32,000 bases of DNA from contig NC_008340.1 of the NCBI RefSeq assembly GCF_000014785.1, positions 3,000,001 to 3,032,000 of the forward strand, written 5' to 3'. How positions within the stretch are numbered: position 1 is the first letter of the stretch; every line of letters begins with the position of its first letter. A model generated the notes under the pieces. That model searched no databases and was not told where the DNA came from. It saw only the letters and a program-made list of their open reading frames with translations. The translations under genes were made by a program, and so were the position numbers. Positions 16,787-27,111 of this stretch are shown one piece after another. Origin of the DNA: Alkalilimnicola ehrlichii MLHE-1. GTDB lineage: Bacteria > Pseudomonadota > Gammaproteobacteria > Nitrococcales > Halorhodospiraceae.

Positions 16787-18565
16787 ATGCGTACCCACTA
16801 CTGCGGACACGTCAGCGAGACCGATCTCGATCAGGAAGTCACCCTTTGCGGCTGGGCCCACCGGCGGCGCGACCACGGCGGCGTCATCTTCATCGACCTG
16901 CGCGACCGCGAGGGCCTGGTGCAGGTGGTGTTTGACCCGGACCGCCCCGAGACCTTTGCCCTGGCCGAGCGGGTACGCAGCGAGTTCGTGCTGAAGGTCC
17001 GGGGCCGGGTACGGCGGCGCCCGGCGGGCACTGAGAACCCAGATCTGCCCACCGGTCAGGTGGAGGTGCTGGGCCTGGAGCTGGACCTGCTCAACCCGGC
17101 CAAGACCCCGCCCTTCCAGCTGGATGAGCACGAGCAGGCCGGCGAGGACGTGCGCCTGCGCTACCGCTACGTGGACCTGCGCCGGCCCGAGATGCTACAG
17201 CGGCTGCGCGCCCGGGCCCGAATCACCAGCAACCTGCGCCGCTTCCTGGACGAGCACGGCTTCCTGGACATCGAAACCCCCATGCTCACCCGCGCCACCC
17301 CCGAGGGCGCCCGCGACTACCTGGTGCCCAGCCGCACCCACCCGGGCAGCTTCTTCGCCCTGCCCCAGTCGCCGCAGCTGTTCAAGCAACTGCTGATGAT
17401 GGCGGGCATGGACCGCTACTACCAGATCGTGCGCTGCTTCCGGGACGAGGACCTGCGCGCCGACCGCCAGCCGGAGTTCACCCAGCTCGACATCGAGACC
17501 AGCTTCATGGACGAAGAGGGCATCATGCACCTGACCGAGCGCATGATGCGGCGGCTGTTTGCCGACGTCCTGCAGGTGGACCTGCCCGACCCCTTCCCGC
17601 GCATGGGCTACGCCGAGGCCATGGCCCGCTTCGGCTCCGACAAGCCGGACCTGCGTATCCCGCTGGAGCTGGTGGAGGTGGCCGACCTGATGGGCGGGGT
17701 CGAGTTCAAGGTCTTCGCCGGTCCGGCAGCCGATCCGCGTGGTCGCGTCGCCGCCCTGCACGTCCCCGGGGGCGCCGGCCTCACCCGCAAGCAGATCGAT
17801 GACTATACCCAATTCGTCGGCCGCTACGGCGCCAAGGGCCTGGCCTACATCAAGGTCAACGACCCGGCCCAGGGCCGCGAGGGGCTGCAGTCGCCGATCC
17901 TCAAATTCCTCACCGACGAGGCGGTGGACGGCATCCTGCGCCGCACCGAGGCCCGGGCGGGCGACCTGATCTTCTTCGGCGCCGACAAGGCCAAGGTGGT
18001 GAATGACGCCCTCGGCGCCCTGCGGGTCAAGCTGGGCCACGACCTGGCGATGGTGGAGGACGAGTGGCGCCCGCTGTGGGTGGTGGACTTCCCCATGTTC
18101 GAGTACGACGAGAAGGATGGCCGGCTGTACGCCCTGCACCACCCCTTCACCGCCCCCAACGTCGACGACCCGGCCGAGCTCGCCGACAAGGACCCGGAGC
18201 AGTTGGTCAGCCGGGCCTACGACATGGTGCTCAACGGCACCGAACTGGGCGGGGGCTCGGTGCGTATCCATCGTCAGGACATGCAGCAGGCGGTCTTCCG
18301 TCTGCTCGGCATCGACGAGGACGAGGCGCGGGCCAAGTTCGGCTTCCTGCTGGACGCGCTGGAGTACGGCGCACCGCCCCACGGCGGCATCGCCTTCGGC
18401 CTGGACCGCCTGGTGATGCTGATGACCGGCGCCAGCTCCATCCGCGAGGTCATGGCCTTCCCCAAGACCCAGACCGCCGCCTGCCTGCTCACCGACGCAC
18501 CGGCCGAGGTGGACATCGCCCAACTGCAGGAACTGGCGCTGCGGATCACCAAGCCGCAGGCCTGA
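16787..18565 (+). CDS. aspS: Aspartate--tRNA ligase
   Basis: 592 aa. The protein opens MRTHYCG and has an OB-fold N-terminus. Class II motifs include [34 protein letters not shown] and [15 protein letters not shown]. Confidence 0.97.
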
Positions 18566-18592
18566 GCCACCCCGCCAAGCGGCCTTTCCGAC

Positions 18593-18624
18593 GGCCCGGT
18601 TGCCCGCGCGGCGCCGGGCCTTTG
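18593..18624 (+). terminator. Possible intrinsic terminator after aspS
   Basis: GGCCCGG (18593-18599) pairs with CCGGGCC (18614-18620), followed by TTTG. The T-tract is short and the loop is long, so this is a weak call. Confidence 0.35.
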
Positions 18625-18727
18625 CATGCCGGGCGGCTGGCAGGGGCGCGGCGGATCCGCACAGGTCTTTGCATTCGCTACAATGCATATTTATGCTGCC
18701 CCCTCCCGCAGCCACCTGGGGGCCGCC

Positions 18728-19339
18728 ATGAACCCTGCCGCCCGCCTGCTTGCCAATCACCCCTTCCTCGTTCTGGCCCTGGTCCTGGTCCTGATTGTCG
18801 CCGTCCCGCGACTGCTCCCGGAGGGGGTGGACGCCCGCGATGAGCACGGCCGTACCGCCCTGATGGTCGCGGCCATGGCGGGGGACGCGGAGGCGGTGGC
18901 CCGGCAGCTGCGCCGGGGCGCCGACCCGCGGGCGCGGGAGCCCTGCGGCTACACGCCGCTGATGCGGGGTGCGCAGTCGGGCAACACCGCTGTGGTGGGG
19001 CAGCTGCTGGAGGCGGGGGCCGGGATCAATGCCGCCGATGAGGCAGGCTTCACCCCGCTGATGGTGGCCGTGCGCCGGGGGCACCTGGCGGTGGTGGAGC
19101 AACTACTGGCGGCCGGCGCCGACCCGGCGGCGATCGAGACCTCCACCGGAGGCACCGCCCTGATCCATGCGGCCCAGACCGGGCATGAGGCCATTGCGGA
19201 GAGGTTGCTGGCGGCCGGCGCGGACCCGGATCACCGGGGGCAAACACCGCGGACACCGGCGGAGTGGGCCGATCACCACGGCCACCGGGGGTTGGCCGAA
19301 CGGCTGGCGCGCGCCGCCGGCGACGGCGAAACCGAGTAA
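18728..19339 (+). CDS. Ankyrin-repeat protein with N-terminal signal/anchor helix
   Basis: ATG 18728 lies within track ORF 18626..19339. The protein opens MNPAARLLANHPFLVLALVLVLIVAVPRLL. About five ANK repeats follow: GRTALMVAAMAGDAEAV..GADP, GYTPLM.., GFTPLMVAVRRGHLAVVEQLLAAGADP, GGTALIHAAQTGHEAIAERLLAAGADP. Confidence 0.88.
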   Translation: MNPAARLLANHPFLVLALVLVLIVAVPRLLPEGVDARDEHGRTALMVAAMAGDAEAVARQLRRGADPRAREPCGYTPLMRGAQSGNTAVVGQLLEAGAGINAADEAGFTPLMVAVRRGHLAVVEQLLAAGADPAAIETSTGGTALIHAAQTGHEAIAERLLAAGADPDHRGQTPRTPAEWADHHGHRGLAERLARAAGDGETE

Positions 19340-19404
19340 GCGCTTCGCAGCCGCGGCGGGCGGCCGTGATCGCCGAGCGGCGTGACGGCCACCCCGCCGG
19401 GCCG

Positions 19405-20712
19405 TCAGGTGCTGGAGCGCAGCGCCACCGGATCCTCCTCCCCGGTCTGACGCACGGCGATCTCGTCCTCGGGGCGCACCTCCCCCTCCAGGGTGCTCGG
19501 CACCGGCAGCTCCGGAAGGTCGTCGCTGCTCGTGCTCTCACTGACCATGCCCAGCGCCTTGCGATAGAGTTCACGGGCGTCGTCCGGTCGCTCCTGAAAC
19601 TCCAGCAGGGCACCCAGGGCCATGTACACCTCCGGGCGGGCCCGGCGGGCGAGTGCCTGCTCCAGGTACTCCCGGGCCAGATCCCAGTCGTGCAAGCGGA
19701 GCGCCACCCGGCCGGCGACGTAAAGCAACGCGGCGTTGTCCGGCTGCTGGCGCAGCCAGCGCTTGAGTTGCTGCAGTTGCCACTCGGGGTCGATCTGCTC
19801 GAGCGCACCGAAACGCATGATCAGACGTTCGTCCCAGGTCTCGTCGATGCGCCCCTTCAGGACCACGGCGGCGCGATCGATCTCGTCCAGCTCCAGCAGG
19901 GCCTCGGCGTGGGTCAGCACCAGGTCGTCGTCGTTGCGCTGGGCCCGCGGCAAGCGCGACCAAGCCGACTCCAGGTCACCCAGCCCGATCCGGGCCGCGC
20001 GCCGGATCTTGTCACGCGCCACATAGCGGGCGTACTCCTCCGCCTCCTCGGAGCCGATGATGCCCTGTTTGCGCAGCGGTTTGAGCAGCCGCCCGAGCCG
20101 CTCCCAGTCCTCCAGCGCCACACAGCAATCGCGCATCATCTCCAGGGTGCGGTGGTGGTTGGGGTTGCGCTCGTAGGCCGAGGTGAGGCTGGCCAGGGCC
20201 TGTTCCCACTGGCCGGACTCCATGTAGAGCTGGGCCTGCAGCAGATTCACTGCTGACCCCGAGCCCCGGGCCGTCTGCTCGGCCAAGGCCAGGTAGCTGT
20301 CCCGGGTCTCGGTGGCATGGCGGCGCTGGGCGCACAGGGCGGCCCCGAGGTAGTTGATGAGCGGGTAGTCGCTACGCTCGACGTGCTTGAGCAGCAGATC
20401 CTCCCCGCGCCGGTAGCGGCCCTCGGCGAGCGCCAGCAGCCCCTTGGCCATCTCCCCGCGGGCCTTCTCCTTGCGCCGCCGGGTGCTCCAATGGCTCAAC
20501 ACCTTGGGCAGGCCCACGGTGCGGTCCAGGAGCACCCAGAGCACCTGCAGGACCACCAGCACCACAGCCACGGCCAGCACTGCGAAGATAAGACTGGTCT
20601 CAATGCGCCAGCCCGCCACCGACAGCACCAAATAACCGGTGTGGGGCTGCAGCCAGGCGGCGGCGGCCACCGCGGCCAGGAGCACGACCAAGGCGATCAA
20701 CAAGGCTTTCAT
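19405..20712 (-). CDS. hemY: HemY-like TPR membrane protein
   Basis: The protein opens MKALLIALVVLLAAVAAAAW..GYLVLSVAGWRIETSL, with two N-terminal TM helices followed by TPR-like repeats. It occupies the last position of a hemCDXY cluster. Confidence 0.9.
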   Translation of the reverse strand: MKALLIALVVLLAAVAAAAWLQPHTGYLVLSVAGWRIETSLIFAVLAVAVVLVVLQVLWVLLDRTVGLPKVLSHWSTRRRKEKARGEMAKGLLALAEGRYRRGEDLLLKHVERSDYPLINYLGAALCAQRRHATETRDSYLALAEQTARGSGSAVNLLQAQLYMESGQWEQALASLTSAYERNPNHHRTLEMMRDCCVALEDWERLGRLLKPLRKQGIIGSEEAEEYARYVARDKIRRAARIGLGDLESAWSRLPRAQRNDDDLVLTHAEALLELDEIDRAAVVLKGRIDETWDERLIMRFGALEQIDPEWQLQQLKRWLRQQPDNAALLYVAGRVALRLHDWDLAREYLEQALARRARPEVYMALGALLEFQERPDDARELYRKALGMVSESTSSDDLPELPVPSTLEGEVRPEDEIAVRQTGEEDPVALRSST

Positions 20713-20730
20713 GTCGCTCTCCTCCAGGCC

Positions 20731-21942
20731 TTACAGGAACGGCTTGACCGGTTCCAGGGTGGTGGCGATATCCGGCAGCTCCGGGTCGATGTCCTGACGG
20801 CGCAGGCGCGCCAGCGTGTCCGCCACCGCCTCCACATCCAGATCGCTGGTATCGAAGTGGGCCAGGACCCAGTCGTGGGCCCGCTGCAGGCTGTCCTCCC
20901 ACAGGTCCTGATCGCCCTGCAGTGCGGCCAGTCGGGCCGCCTCCAGGCGCAGCTTGAGGTTCTCGCGCAGGAAGTAGCGCTGATCCGGTGCCACCAGGGG
21001 CGGCGCGGCCTCCTCGCGCTGCACCACCACCAGCTCACCCAATCCAGCCTGGACCCGGCCGGTGGCGTCCTTCAGCCGCGCCAGCCAGACCGGGTCGCCC
21101 TCGTCCGCGGCCATGCGCGGCAGATCGATGCCGCCGGTGGCCCGCTCCGCCGGCATGGGCAGCCCATCCACCCGGCCTTCCAGGTCGGCCAGGGTGGCGG
21201 CCAGCCGGCCCACCTCGGGCGGGGCCCACTCCAGCACCTGGGTGACCGCCTCGTTGAGGGCAACGCGAGCCGGCACGCTCTCGCTGGCACCGATGTCGGC
21301 CATCAGCTTGTCTGCTGCCTGCAGGGCGCCAAGTGCGGTCTTGGGGTCGCGGTGGAAGCGCATCCGGTGGACGGCCACGGTGGCCAGGTAGGCCGCCTCG
21401 GAACGGATCCAGTTCTCCCGGTTGGCCTCGGCGCGCGCACCCAGTCGCTCCAGGCCCTCCTCGAAACCGCCCTGGCGGGCGCGCAACTCGTCCAGCTGTT
21501 CGCGCAGGGTCCCCAGGGCATCGCCGGCCTCGTCGGCCCGCTCACGGGCGGAGGCGGCGCGCTCGCCGGTATCGGTGACGCGATCCTCGAGCCGTGCCAG
21601 TTGCCGCTCGAGGGCGTCGCTGCGTTCATCCAGCCGGTCGGCACTGACCATACGCGCCTGCTCGGCGCGCAACTCGCGCATCTCGCCGGTCAGCCACCAG
21701 GTGGCCGCGGCACCCAGCACCAGGACCACGACCAGCAACGCCACGACCTGTTTCCAGGGCCCGCCCTGGCGATCCTTGTCGGTACCGTCGCCGTCCCCGC
21801 CGGCCGGCGGCGTACCGCCGCCCCCCTTGCCCGGCTCGGGCGCGGCCGCAGAGGCCGTCAGCTCCTGGCCCTGGGGGTCCTCGCCGCCGGTCTTCTCAGA
21901 CCGGGGCTTCTCCTCTTCCCGCTCGGGTTTATTTTCCTGCAT
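20731..21942 (-). CDS. hemX: HemX-like membrane protein (often annotated as uroporphyrinogen-III C-methyltransferase-like)
   Basis: It lies between hemD and hemY. It has a low-complexity acidic/Gly N-terminus, a single TM helix (VVALLVVVLVLGAAATWWL) and a coiled-coil periplasmic region. Confidence 0.85.
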   Translation of the reverse strand: MQENKPEREEEKPRSEKTGGEDPQGQELTASAAAPEPGKGGGGTPPAGGDGDGTDKDRQGGPWKQVVALLVVVLVLGAAATWWLTGEMRELRAEQARMVSADRLDERSDALERQLARLEDRVTDTGERAASARERADEAGDALGTLREQLDELRARQGGFEEGLERLGARAEANRENWIRSEAAYLATVAVHRMRFHRDPKTALGALQAADKLMADIGASESVPARVALNEAVTQVLEWAPPEVGRLAATLADLEGRVDGLPMPAERATGGIDLPRMAADEGDPVWLARLKDATGRVQAGLGELVVVQREEAAPPLVAPDQRYFLRENLKLRLEAARLAALQGDQDLWEDSLQRAHDWVLAHFDTSDLDVEAVADTLARLRRQDIDPELPDIATTLEPVKPFL

Positions 21943-21948
21943 GACCGA

Positions 21949-22734
21949 TCATCTCGTGTTGTGATGTTCTGATGCCTGATGGACCGCCTGTAACAGGTCC
22001 TCATCGGCCGGGGAGCGGGCCACCACTACGGGGCCGGTGTGGCCCGCCTGCTCCGCGTAGCGGGCGATACGCGGGCTGACTGTCACCAGCGCCCGTCGTT
22101 GAACTAATACTCTCCCGCTATCCCCCAGCATAAACCATAGATTATCCAAACCCCGCACACTGGTGATTATGACACTGTGCAAACGCCCGGCTTGCAACGC
22201 CTCAACCACCGGTTGCGCGTCCACCTGGGGCCGGACCGCCCGGTAGACGGCCAGGAACGCCACCTCGGCACCCTGCCCGCGCAGGTGCTCGGCGAGCCAG
22301 GCGCGACCGCTGTCGCCACGAACTATCATGACACGTTGCCCGCGCATGTCACCAAAGGCCGGCTCCCGCGCCAGGTCTTCGCTGGTGAAACCGGCCTGCG
22401 GTACGGCGGTGACGGACAGCCCGACCCGGTGCAGGGCCCGCTCAGTGCCCTTGCCCACGGCCGCGATCCGGGCATCCGGGCGCGGCCGGACGCCGTGCCG
22501 GGCCATGCAGGCCAGGCCGTGGTGCACGGCGTTGGGGCTGACGAAGATGAGCCAATCGGCCTCTCCAAGGGCCGCCACGGCGGCCGCGGGCAGTGCCGAT
22601 TCCGGCTGCGGCACGATCTCCAGGGTGGGCAGCGCCCAGACCCGCGCACCGGCCGCTTCCAGGGTCCGGCACAGGCCCGCCGCCTGGTGGGCCGGGCGGG
22701 TCACCAGCACACCGTAACCGGCCGGCAGCGCCAT
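21949..22734 (-). CDS. hemD: Uroporphyrinogen-III synthase
   Basis: 261 aa, lying 2 nt after the hemC stop. It reads VLVTRPAHQAAGLCRTLEAAGA...FVSPNAV..., which is typical HemD. Confidence 0.9.
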   Translation of the reverse strand: MALPAGYGVLVTRPAHQAAGLCRTLEAAGARVWALPTLEIVPQPESALPAAAVAALGEADWLIFVSPNAVHHGLACMARHGVRPRPDARIAAVGKGTERALHRVGLSVTAVPQAGFTSEDLAREPAFGDMRGQRVMIVRGDSGRAWLAEHLRGQGAEVAFLAVYRAVRPQVDAQPVVEALQAGRLHSVIITSVRGLDNLWFMLGDSGRVLVQRRALVTVSPRIARYAEQAGHTGPVVVARSPADEDLLQAVHQASEHHNTR

Positions 22735-22736
22735 GG

Positions 22737-23663
22737 TCAGTCGGCCAGGTCCGCGAGGATGCGCGCGGCCCCGCGCTCAAGCAGTTCGCCGCCCAGTCGA
22801 TCGCCCAGCTCGGCGGCCTGCGCGATGGGCCCGCGGACCTCACCACGCACGATCTCCTGGCCGTCCGGACTGCCCACCAGGCCGCGCAGCCAGATCTCCT
22901 CTCCCTGGTAACAAGCGTAGCCGGCGATGGGCACTTGGCAGCTGCCCTGAAGGCGGGCGTTCATGGCCCGTTCCGCCTTAAGCAGGGTGTGAGTGGGTCC
23001 GTGGTCCAGGGGGGCCACCAGCTCCTGCACCCGCCGGTCTTCGGCCAGGCATTCGATGCCCAGCGCGCCCTGTCCTACCGCGGGCAGGCTCTCCTCCGGG
23101 GGCAGGCGGCGGGCGATACGCTCATCGAAGCCAAGCCGGCTGAGCCCCGAAGCGGCAAGGATGATGGCGTCGAACTCGCCGGCATCCAGTTTCGCCAGCC
23201 GGGTGTTGACGTTGCCGCGCAGGGTGGAGACCCGCAGATCCGGCCGGCGCGCCTTGGCCTGGCACTGGCGCCGCAGGCTGGCAGTGCCCAGGTGCCCGCC
23301 CTCGGGCAGGTCGTCCAGGCGCCGGTAGTGGTTGGAGACAAAGGCATCGGTGGGTTCGTGGCGCTCCAGGATTACCGGCAGCGCAAAACCGTCGGGCATG
23401 CGCCAGGGGACATCCTTCATGCTGTGCACCGCGAGGTCGGCACGGCCTTCCTCCATCCCCTGCTCCAGCTCCTTGATGAACAGCCCCTTGCCGCCGATAC
23501 GTGAGAGGGCCTGGTCCAGAATTCGGTCCCCCCGGGTGACCATGGGCACCAGCTCCACCTCAAGCCCGGGGTGGTGGCGCCTGAGTTCCGCGGCCACGTG
23601 TTCGGCCTGCCACATGGCGAGCGGGGAGCGACGGGTGGCGATGCGCAGCTTGTCCTGAGGCAT
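22737..23663 (-). CDS. hemC: Hydroxymethylbilane synthase (porphobilinogen deaminase)
   Basis: The protein opens [23 protein letters not shown]. It contains [19 protein letters not shown] and [11 protein letters not shown]. The cofactor cysteine context is [11 protein letters not shown]. Confidence 0.97.
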   Translation of the reverse strand: MPQDKLRIATRRSPLAMWQAEHVAAELRRHHPGLEVELVPMVTRGDRILDQALSRIGGKGLFIKELEQGMEEGRADLAVHSMKDVPWRMPDGFALPVILERHEPTDAFVSNHYRRLDDLPEGGHLGTASLRRQCQAKARRPDLRVSTLRGNVNTRLAKLDAGEFDAIILAASGLSRLGFDERIARRLPPEESLPAVGQGALGIECLAEDRRVQELVAPLDHGPTHTLLKAERAMNARLQGSCQVPIAGYACYQGEEIWLRGLVGSPDGQEIVRGEVRGPIAQAAELGDRLGGELLERGAARILADLAD

Positions 23664-23771
23664 AGCGGGTGTTCCCTGTGAGTCCTGTGCGAATACTCAG
23701 CGGCCCGGGGGGCCGCGCCGGCGCTTAGCATGCCACGGAAAGAGCAGTGACCGAAGGGCCCAGGCCCTGGC

Positions 23772-24503
23772 TCAGCCCTGCGCCAGCCGCCGCAGGGCAT
23801 CGCGTACCGCCGGCAGGTGCCGGCGACTGACCGGGAGCCGCAGCCCGCCCTGCAGGACCACCTGGTGGCGACCCAGGGCATCCCGCTCCAGGGCCTGGAG
23901 CCGATCCAGGGCCACCAGGGCCGAGCGGTGGACCCGCAGGAAGCGATCGGCGAAGCGCTGCTCCAGCGCCTTGAGGGAATCCTCCAGCAGCAGCTCGCCG
24001 TCGTCGTGCCCGACCACCACGTATTTGTCCTCCGCGCGCAGGCTGTGGATGCGGTCCAGTGGCACCAGACGCTCCCCACGGGTGGTGCGGCAACGCAGCA
24101 TCCCGGGATCGGCGTGGGGCCGGCGCAGGCCCTGGAGCTGGGCGCGATTGACCTGCCCGGCACGGGCCAGCGCGGCGCGCAGCCGGTCCGGACGCACCGG
24201 CTTGAGCAGGTAGTCGCTGGCCTTCGCCTCGAAGGCCGCCAGGGCGTGCTCCGGGTGGGCGGTGATGAAGATAACCCCCGGGGGCCGTTCCCGCCGGGCG
24301 ATGCGTCGCGCCACCTCCAGGCCATCCATGCCGGGCATCTGAATATCCAGCAGTATTAGGTCCGGCTGGTGCTCGCGGGTCGCGGCCAGGGCCTGTTCGC
24401 CGGTCCCCGCCTCGGCCACCACCCGGTGGCCTTGCTCGGCGTCCACCATCTCCGCCAGCCGGCGACGGGCCCAGGGTTCGTCGTCCACCACCAATACGCG
24501 CAT
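23772..24503 (-). CDS. algR: LytTR-family two-component response regulator (AlgR-like)
   Basis: The receiver domain reads MRVLVVDDEP...LILLDIQMPGMDG. The C-terminal LytTR domain reads LVPLDRIHSLRAEDKYV. It lies between the LytS-type kinase and hemC, as in Pseudomonas. Confidence 0.9.
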   Translation of the reverse strand: MRVLVVDDEPWARRRLAEMVDAEQGHRVVAEAGTGEQALAATREHQPDLILLDIQMPGMDGLEVARRIARRERPPGVIFITAHPEHALAAFEAKASDYLLKPVRPDRLRAALARAGQVNRAQLQGLRRPHADPGMLRCRTTRGERLVPLDRIHSLRAEDKYVVVGHDDGELLLEDSLKALEQRFADRFLRVHRSALVALDRLQALERDALGRHQVVLQGGLRLPVSRRHLPAVRDALRRLAQG

Positions 24504-24506
24504 GCC

Positions 24507-25547
24507 CTATCCTGCCTCCTGCCAGGGCCAACGGAGCACTACGTGGAAACGGCCGGCACGCTCTGTCACCTCCAGATCGGCCGCGGCACCGAAGGCGTAG
24601 CGCATCCGGCGCCGCACGCTCTCCAGCCCGAGGCCGTGGCCGCCGCGAAGGGAGCCACCGGCCGGGACGGGGTTTTCCAGCTCCAGCACCAGGGTATCGC
24701 CCTCCCGTCGCCCCCTCAGCCGCAGCTCACCGCCTGCGGGCAGTTGCTCGATGCCATGCACCACGGCGTTCTCCGCCAGTGGCTGCAAGATCAGCGAGGG
24801 CACCCGGGCCTGGCCCGGCAACCCGTCCCAGTCGCAGTCCAACCGCAGCCGCTCCTGCAGCCGGAGCTGTTCCAGACGCAAGTAGCGCTCGGTCAGGGCC
24901 CGCTCCTCGTCCAGCGTGGACCAACCGCCGACCTCGCGCAGGCCGGCACGAAACAGATCGGCAAGATCCAGCAGCGCCTGCTCGGCGCGCTCCGGGGCCT
25001 GGCGGAGCATCGCGGCGATGGTGTTAAGGGTGTTGAACAGGAAGTGGGGGCGGATGCGCGACTGCAGGGCCTGCATGGAGGCCCGGGCCTCGGCCTGCAG
25101 CCCCCGGCGCCACTCCCCCTGCAGATAGAGGTAGCGGAGCACCAGGGCCGCAATAATGCCGCTGATGGCCACCGACCGCAGAACCAATGCCCAGCGCTCC
25201 GCGCCCAACACCCCCCCGGTACTGCGCCAGGCCAGCTCGGCGGTCACCGCAGCCACCGCGATGATACCCAGCCAGGCCAGCAGCCCCGCCGCCTCGGGAC
25301 TGACCCGGGACAGTGGCCGGCGGGACAGGCAGAGCAGCGCCGTGCTCAGCAGCACCACCCATTGGACATAGAGCGAGATCAGCCCCAGGGTCGCCCAGTC
25401 CCACTGCGTCGCGGGCCGCGCCAGAAAGAGCACAAAGGCCAATAGCTGGCCGGCCAGCACCACGGCCAACACCGTCTGCAGGTGGCAGAAGTCGGGCAGA
25501 ATCGCCGATCGCCTGACGGACGAACCCCCTCGTTCGAACACCGCCAT
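24507..25547 (-). CDS. algZ: LytS/His_kinase-type sensor histidine kinase (AlgZ/FimS-like)
   Basis: The start is chosen at ATG 25547 (MAVFERGG...). Four or more TM helices are followed by [18 protein letters not shown] (His_kinase box) and a C-terminal ATPase region ([22 protein letters not shown]). The track start at 25736 would overlap argH. Confidence 0.88.
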   Translation of the reverse strand: MAVFERGGSSVRRSAILPDFCHLQTVLAVVLAGQLLAFVLFLARPATQWDWATLGLISLYVQWVVLLSTALLCLSRRPLSRVSPEAAGLLAWLGIIAVAAVTAELAWRSTGGVLGAERWALVLRSVAISGIIAALVLRYLYLQGEWRRGLQAEARASMQALQSRIRPHFLFNTLNTIAAMLRQAPERAEQALLDLADLFRAGLREVGGWSTLDEERALTERYLRLEQLRLQERLRLDCDWDGLPGQARVPSLILQPLAENAVVHGIEQLPAGGELRLRGRREGDTLVLELENPVPAGGSLRGGHGLGLESVRRRMRYAFGAAADLEVTERAGRFHVVLRWPWQEAG

Positions 25548-25634
25548 CCCCCCTGGACTGTCAACAGGCCCCACCTTAGCGGGTACCGGGCCCGGCCGCC
25601 AATTCCGGCCCCCGACCGCGCCCGCCGGTGACGC

Positions 25635-25643
25635 TGGTATACT
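25635..25643 (+). promoter_or_regulatory. Possible extended -10 promoter element for argH (TGGTATACT)
   Basis: TG at 25635-25636 plus TATACT at 25638-25643, 38 nt upstream of the argH ATG. I found no convincing -35 element. Confidence 0.3.
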
Positions 25644-25680
25644 GGCCGGTCTCAACTCACGCCGAGACACAGGCAGCGCC

Positions 25681-27087
25681 ATGACCGATAAGAACACCAG
25701 CGAGCAACTCTGGACAGGCCGTTTCACCGAGGCCACCGATGCCTTCGTCGAGCAGTTCAGCGCCTCCGAGCACTTCGACCGCAGGCTCTACCGCCAGGAC
25801 ATCGCCGGCTCCATGGCCCATGCCCGTATGCTGGCCGAGGTGGGCGTACTCACCGCCGAGGAACGCGACCGCATCGTCGACGGGCTGACCCGGATCCGCG
25901 AGGAGATCGAGCACGGCCAGTTTCAGTGGTCCCCCAAGCTGGAAGACGTGCACATGAATATCGAGAAGCGGCTGACGGACCTGATCGGCGAAGCGGGCAA
26001 AAAGCTGCACACCGGGCGTTCGCGCAACGACCAGGTGGCCACCGATATCCGGCTGTGGCTGCGCGAGGCCATCGACGGCATCCTGGACGAGCTGCTGCGA
26101 CTGCAGGCCGGCCTGGTGGAGCTGGCGGAGCTGGAGGCGGACACCATCATGCCCGGTTTCACCCACATGCAGGTGGCGCAGCCGGTCACCTTCGGCCACC
26201 ACCTGCTGGCCTGGTACGAGATGCTGGTCCGGGACCAGGGCCGGCTGGAGGACTGTCGCAAGCGGCTCAACCAGATGCCGCTGGGCTGCGCGGCGCTGGC
26301 GGGCACCAGCTTCCCCATCGACCGCGAGCAGACCTGCAGCGAGCTGGGCTTCGACCGCCCTACCCGCAACTCCCTGGACTCGGTGAGCGACCGCGACTTC
26401 GCCATTGAATTCAACGCCGCCGCGGCGCTGGTGATGACCCACCTCTCGCGCATGGCCGAAGAGGTGATCCTGTGGGCCTCGCCCCACTTCGGCTTCATTG
26501 ACCTGCCGGACCGGTTCTGCACCGGCTCGTCCATCATGCCGCAGAAGAAGAACCCGGACGTGGCGGAGCTGGTGCGGGGCAAGACCGCGCGGGTGCACGG
26601 TAATCTCAATGCCCTGCTGGTGTTGATGAAGGGCCAGCCACTGGCCTACAACCGCGACAACCAGGAGGACAAGGAGCCGCTGTTCGACACCGCGGATACC
26701 CTCCGCGACGCGTTGACCGCCTTCGCCGACATGCTGCCGGCCATGGAGGTCCAGCGCGAGGCCTGTTACCGGGCCGCCCGGGCGGGCTTTGCCACCGCCA
26801 CCGACCTGGCCGACTACCTGGTGCGCAAGGGCGTGCCGTTCCGGGACGCCCACGAGATCGTCGGCCGGGCGGTGCGCTACGCCAGTGACGAGGGGCGCGA
26901 TCTGAGCGAGCTGGAACTGGATGAACTGCAACAGTTCTCGGGCACCATCAGCGAGGATGTCTTCGAGGTGCTCACCCTGGAGGGCTCAGTGGCCGCCCGC
27001 AACCACCTGGGCGGCACCGCCCCGGCACAGGTCCGGGCCCGGGTGGCCGAGGCGCGGGACCGGCTGCGGTTGCTGATGGGCAAGTGA
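25681..27087 (+). CDS. argH: Argininosuccinate lyase
   Basis: 468 aa. It reads [19 protein letters not shown] and carries the fumarate-lyase signature [12 protein letters not shown]. Confidence 0.97.
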   Translation: MTDKNTSEQLWTGRFTEATDAFVEQFSASEHFDRRLYRQDIAGSMAHARMLAEVGVLTAEERDRIVDGLTRIREEIEHGQFQWSPKLEDVHMNIEKRLTDLIGEAGKKLHTGRSRNDQVATDIRLWLREAIDGILDELLRLQAGLVELAELEADTIMPGFTHMQVAQPVTFGHHLLAWYEMLVRDQGRLEDCRKRLNQMPLGCAALAGTSFPIDREQTCSELGFDRPTRNSLDSVSDRDFAIEFNAAAALVMTHLSRMAEEVILWASPHFGFIDLPDRFCTGSSIMPQKKNPDVAELVRGKTARVHGNLNALLVLMKGQPLAYNRDNQEDKEPLFDTADTLRDALTAFADMLPAMEVQREACYRAARAGFATATDLADYLVRKGVPFRDAHEIVGRAVRYASDEGRDLSELELDELQQFSGTISEDVFEVLTLEGSVAARNHLGGTAPAQVRARVAEARDRLRLLMGK

Positions 27088-27111
27088 GCGGCCCCAGCAC
27101 TGCTGGTCTGC

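Noticed and set aside
17195-19102. 635-aa minus-strand ORF.
   Set aside because: It is antisense to aspS and the ankyrin gene, both of which have unmistakable family motifs. The translation is low-complexity with no motifs.
20317-21972. 551-aa plus-strand ORF.
   Set aside because: It is an antisense shadow of hemY and hemX, whose order and features fit the hemCDXY cluster.
25657-26931. 424-aa minus-strand ORF.
   Set aside because: It is antisense to argH, which carries the [12 protein letters not shown] signature.
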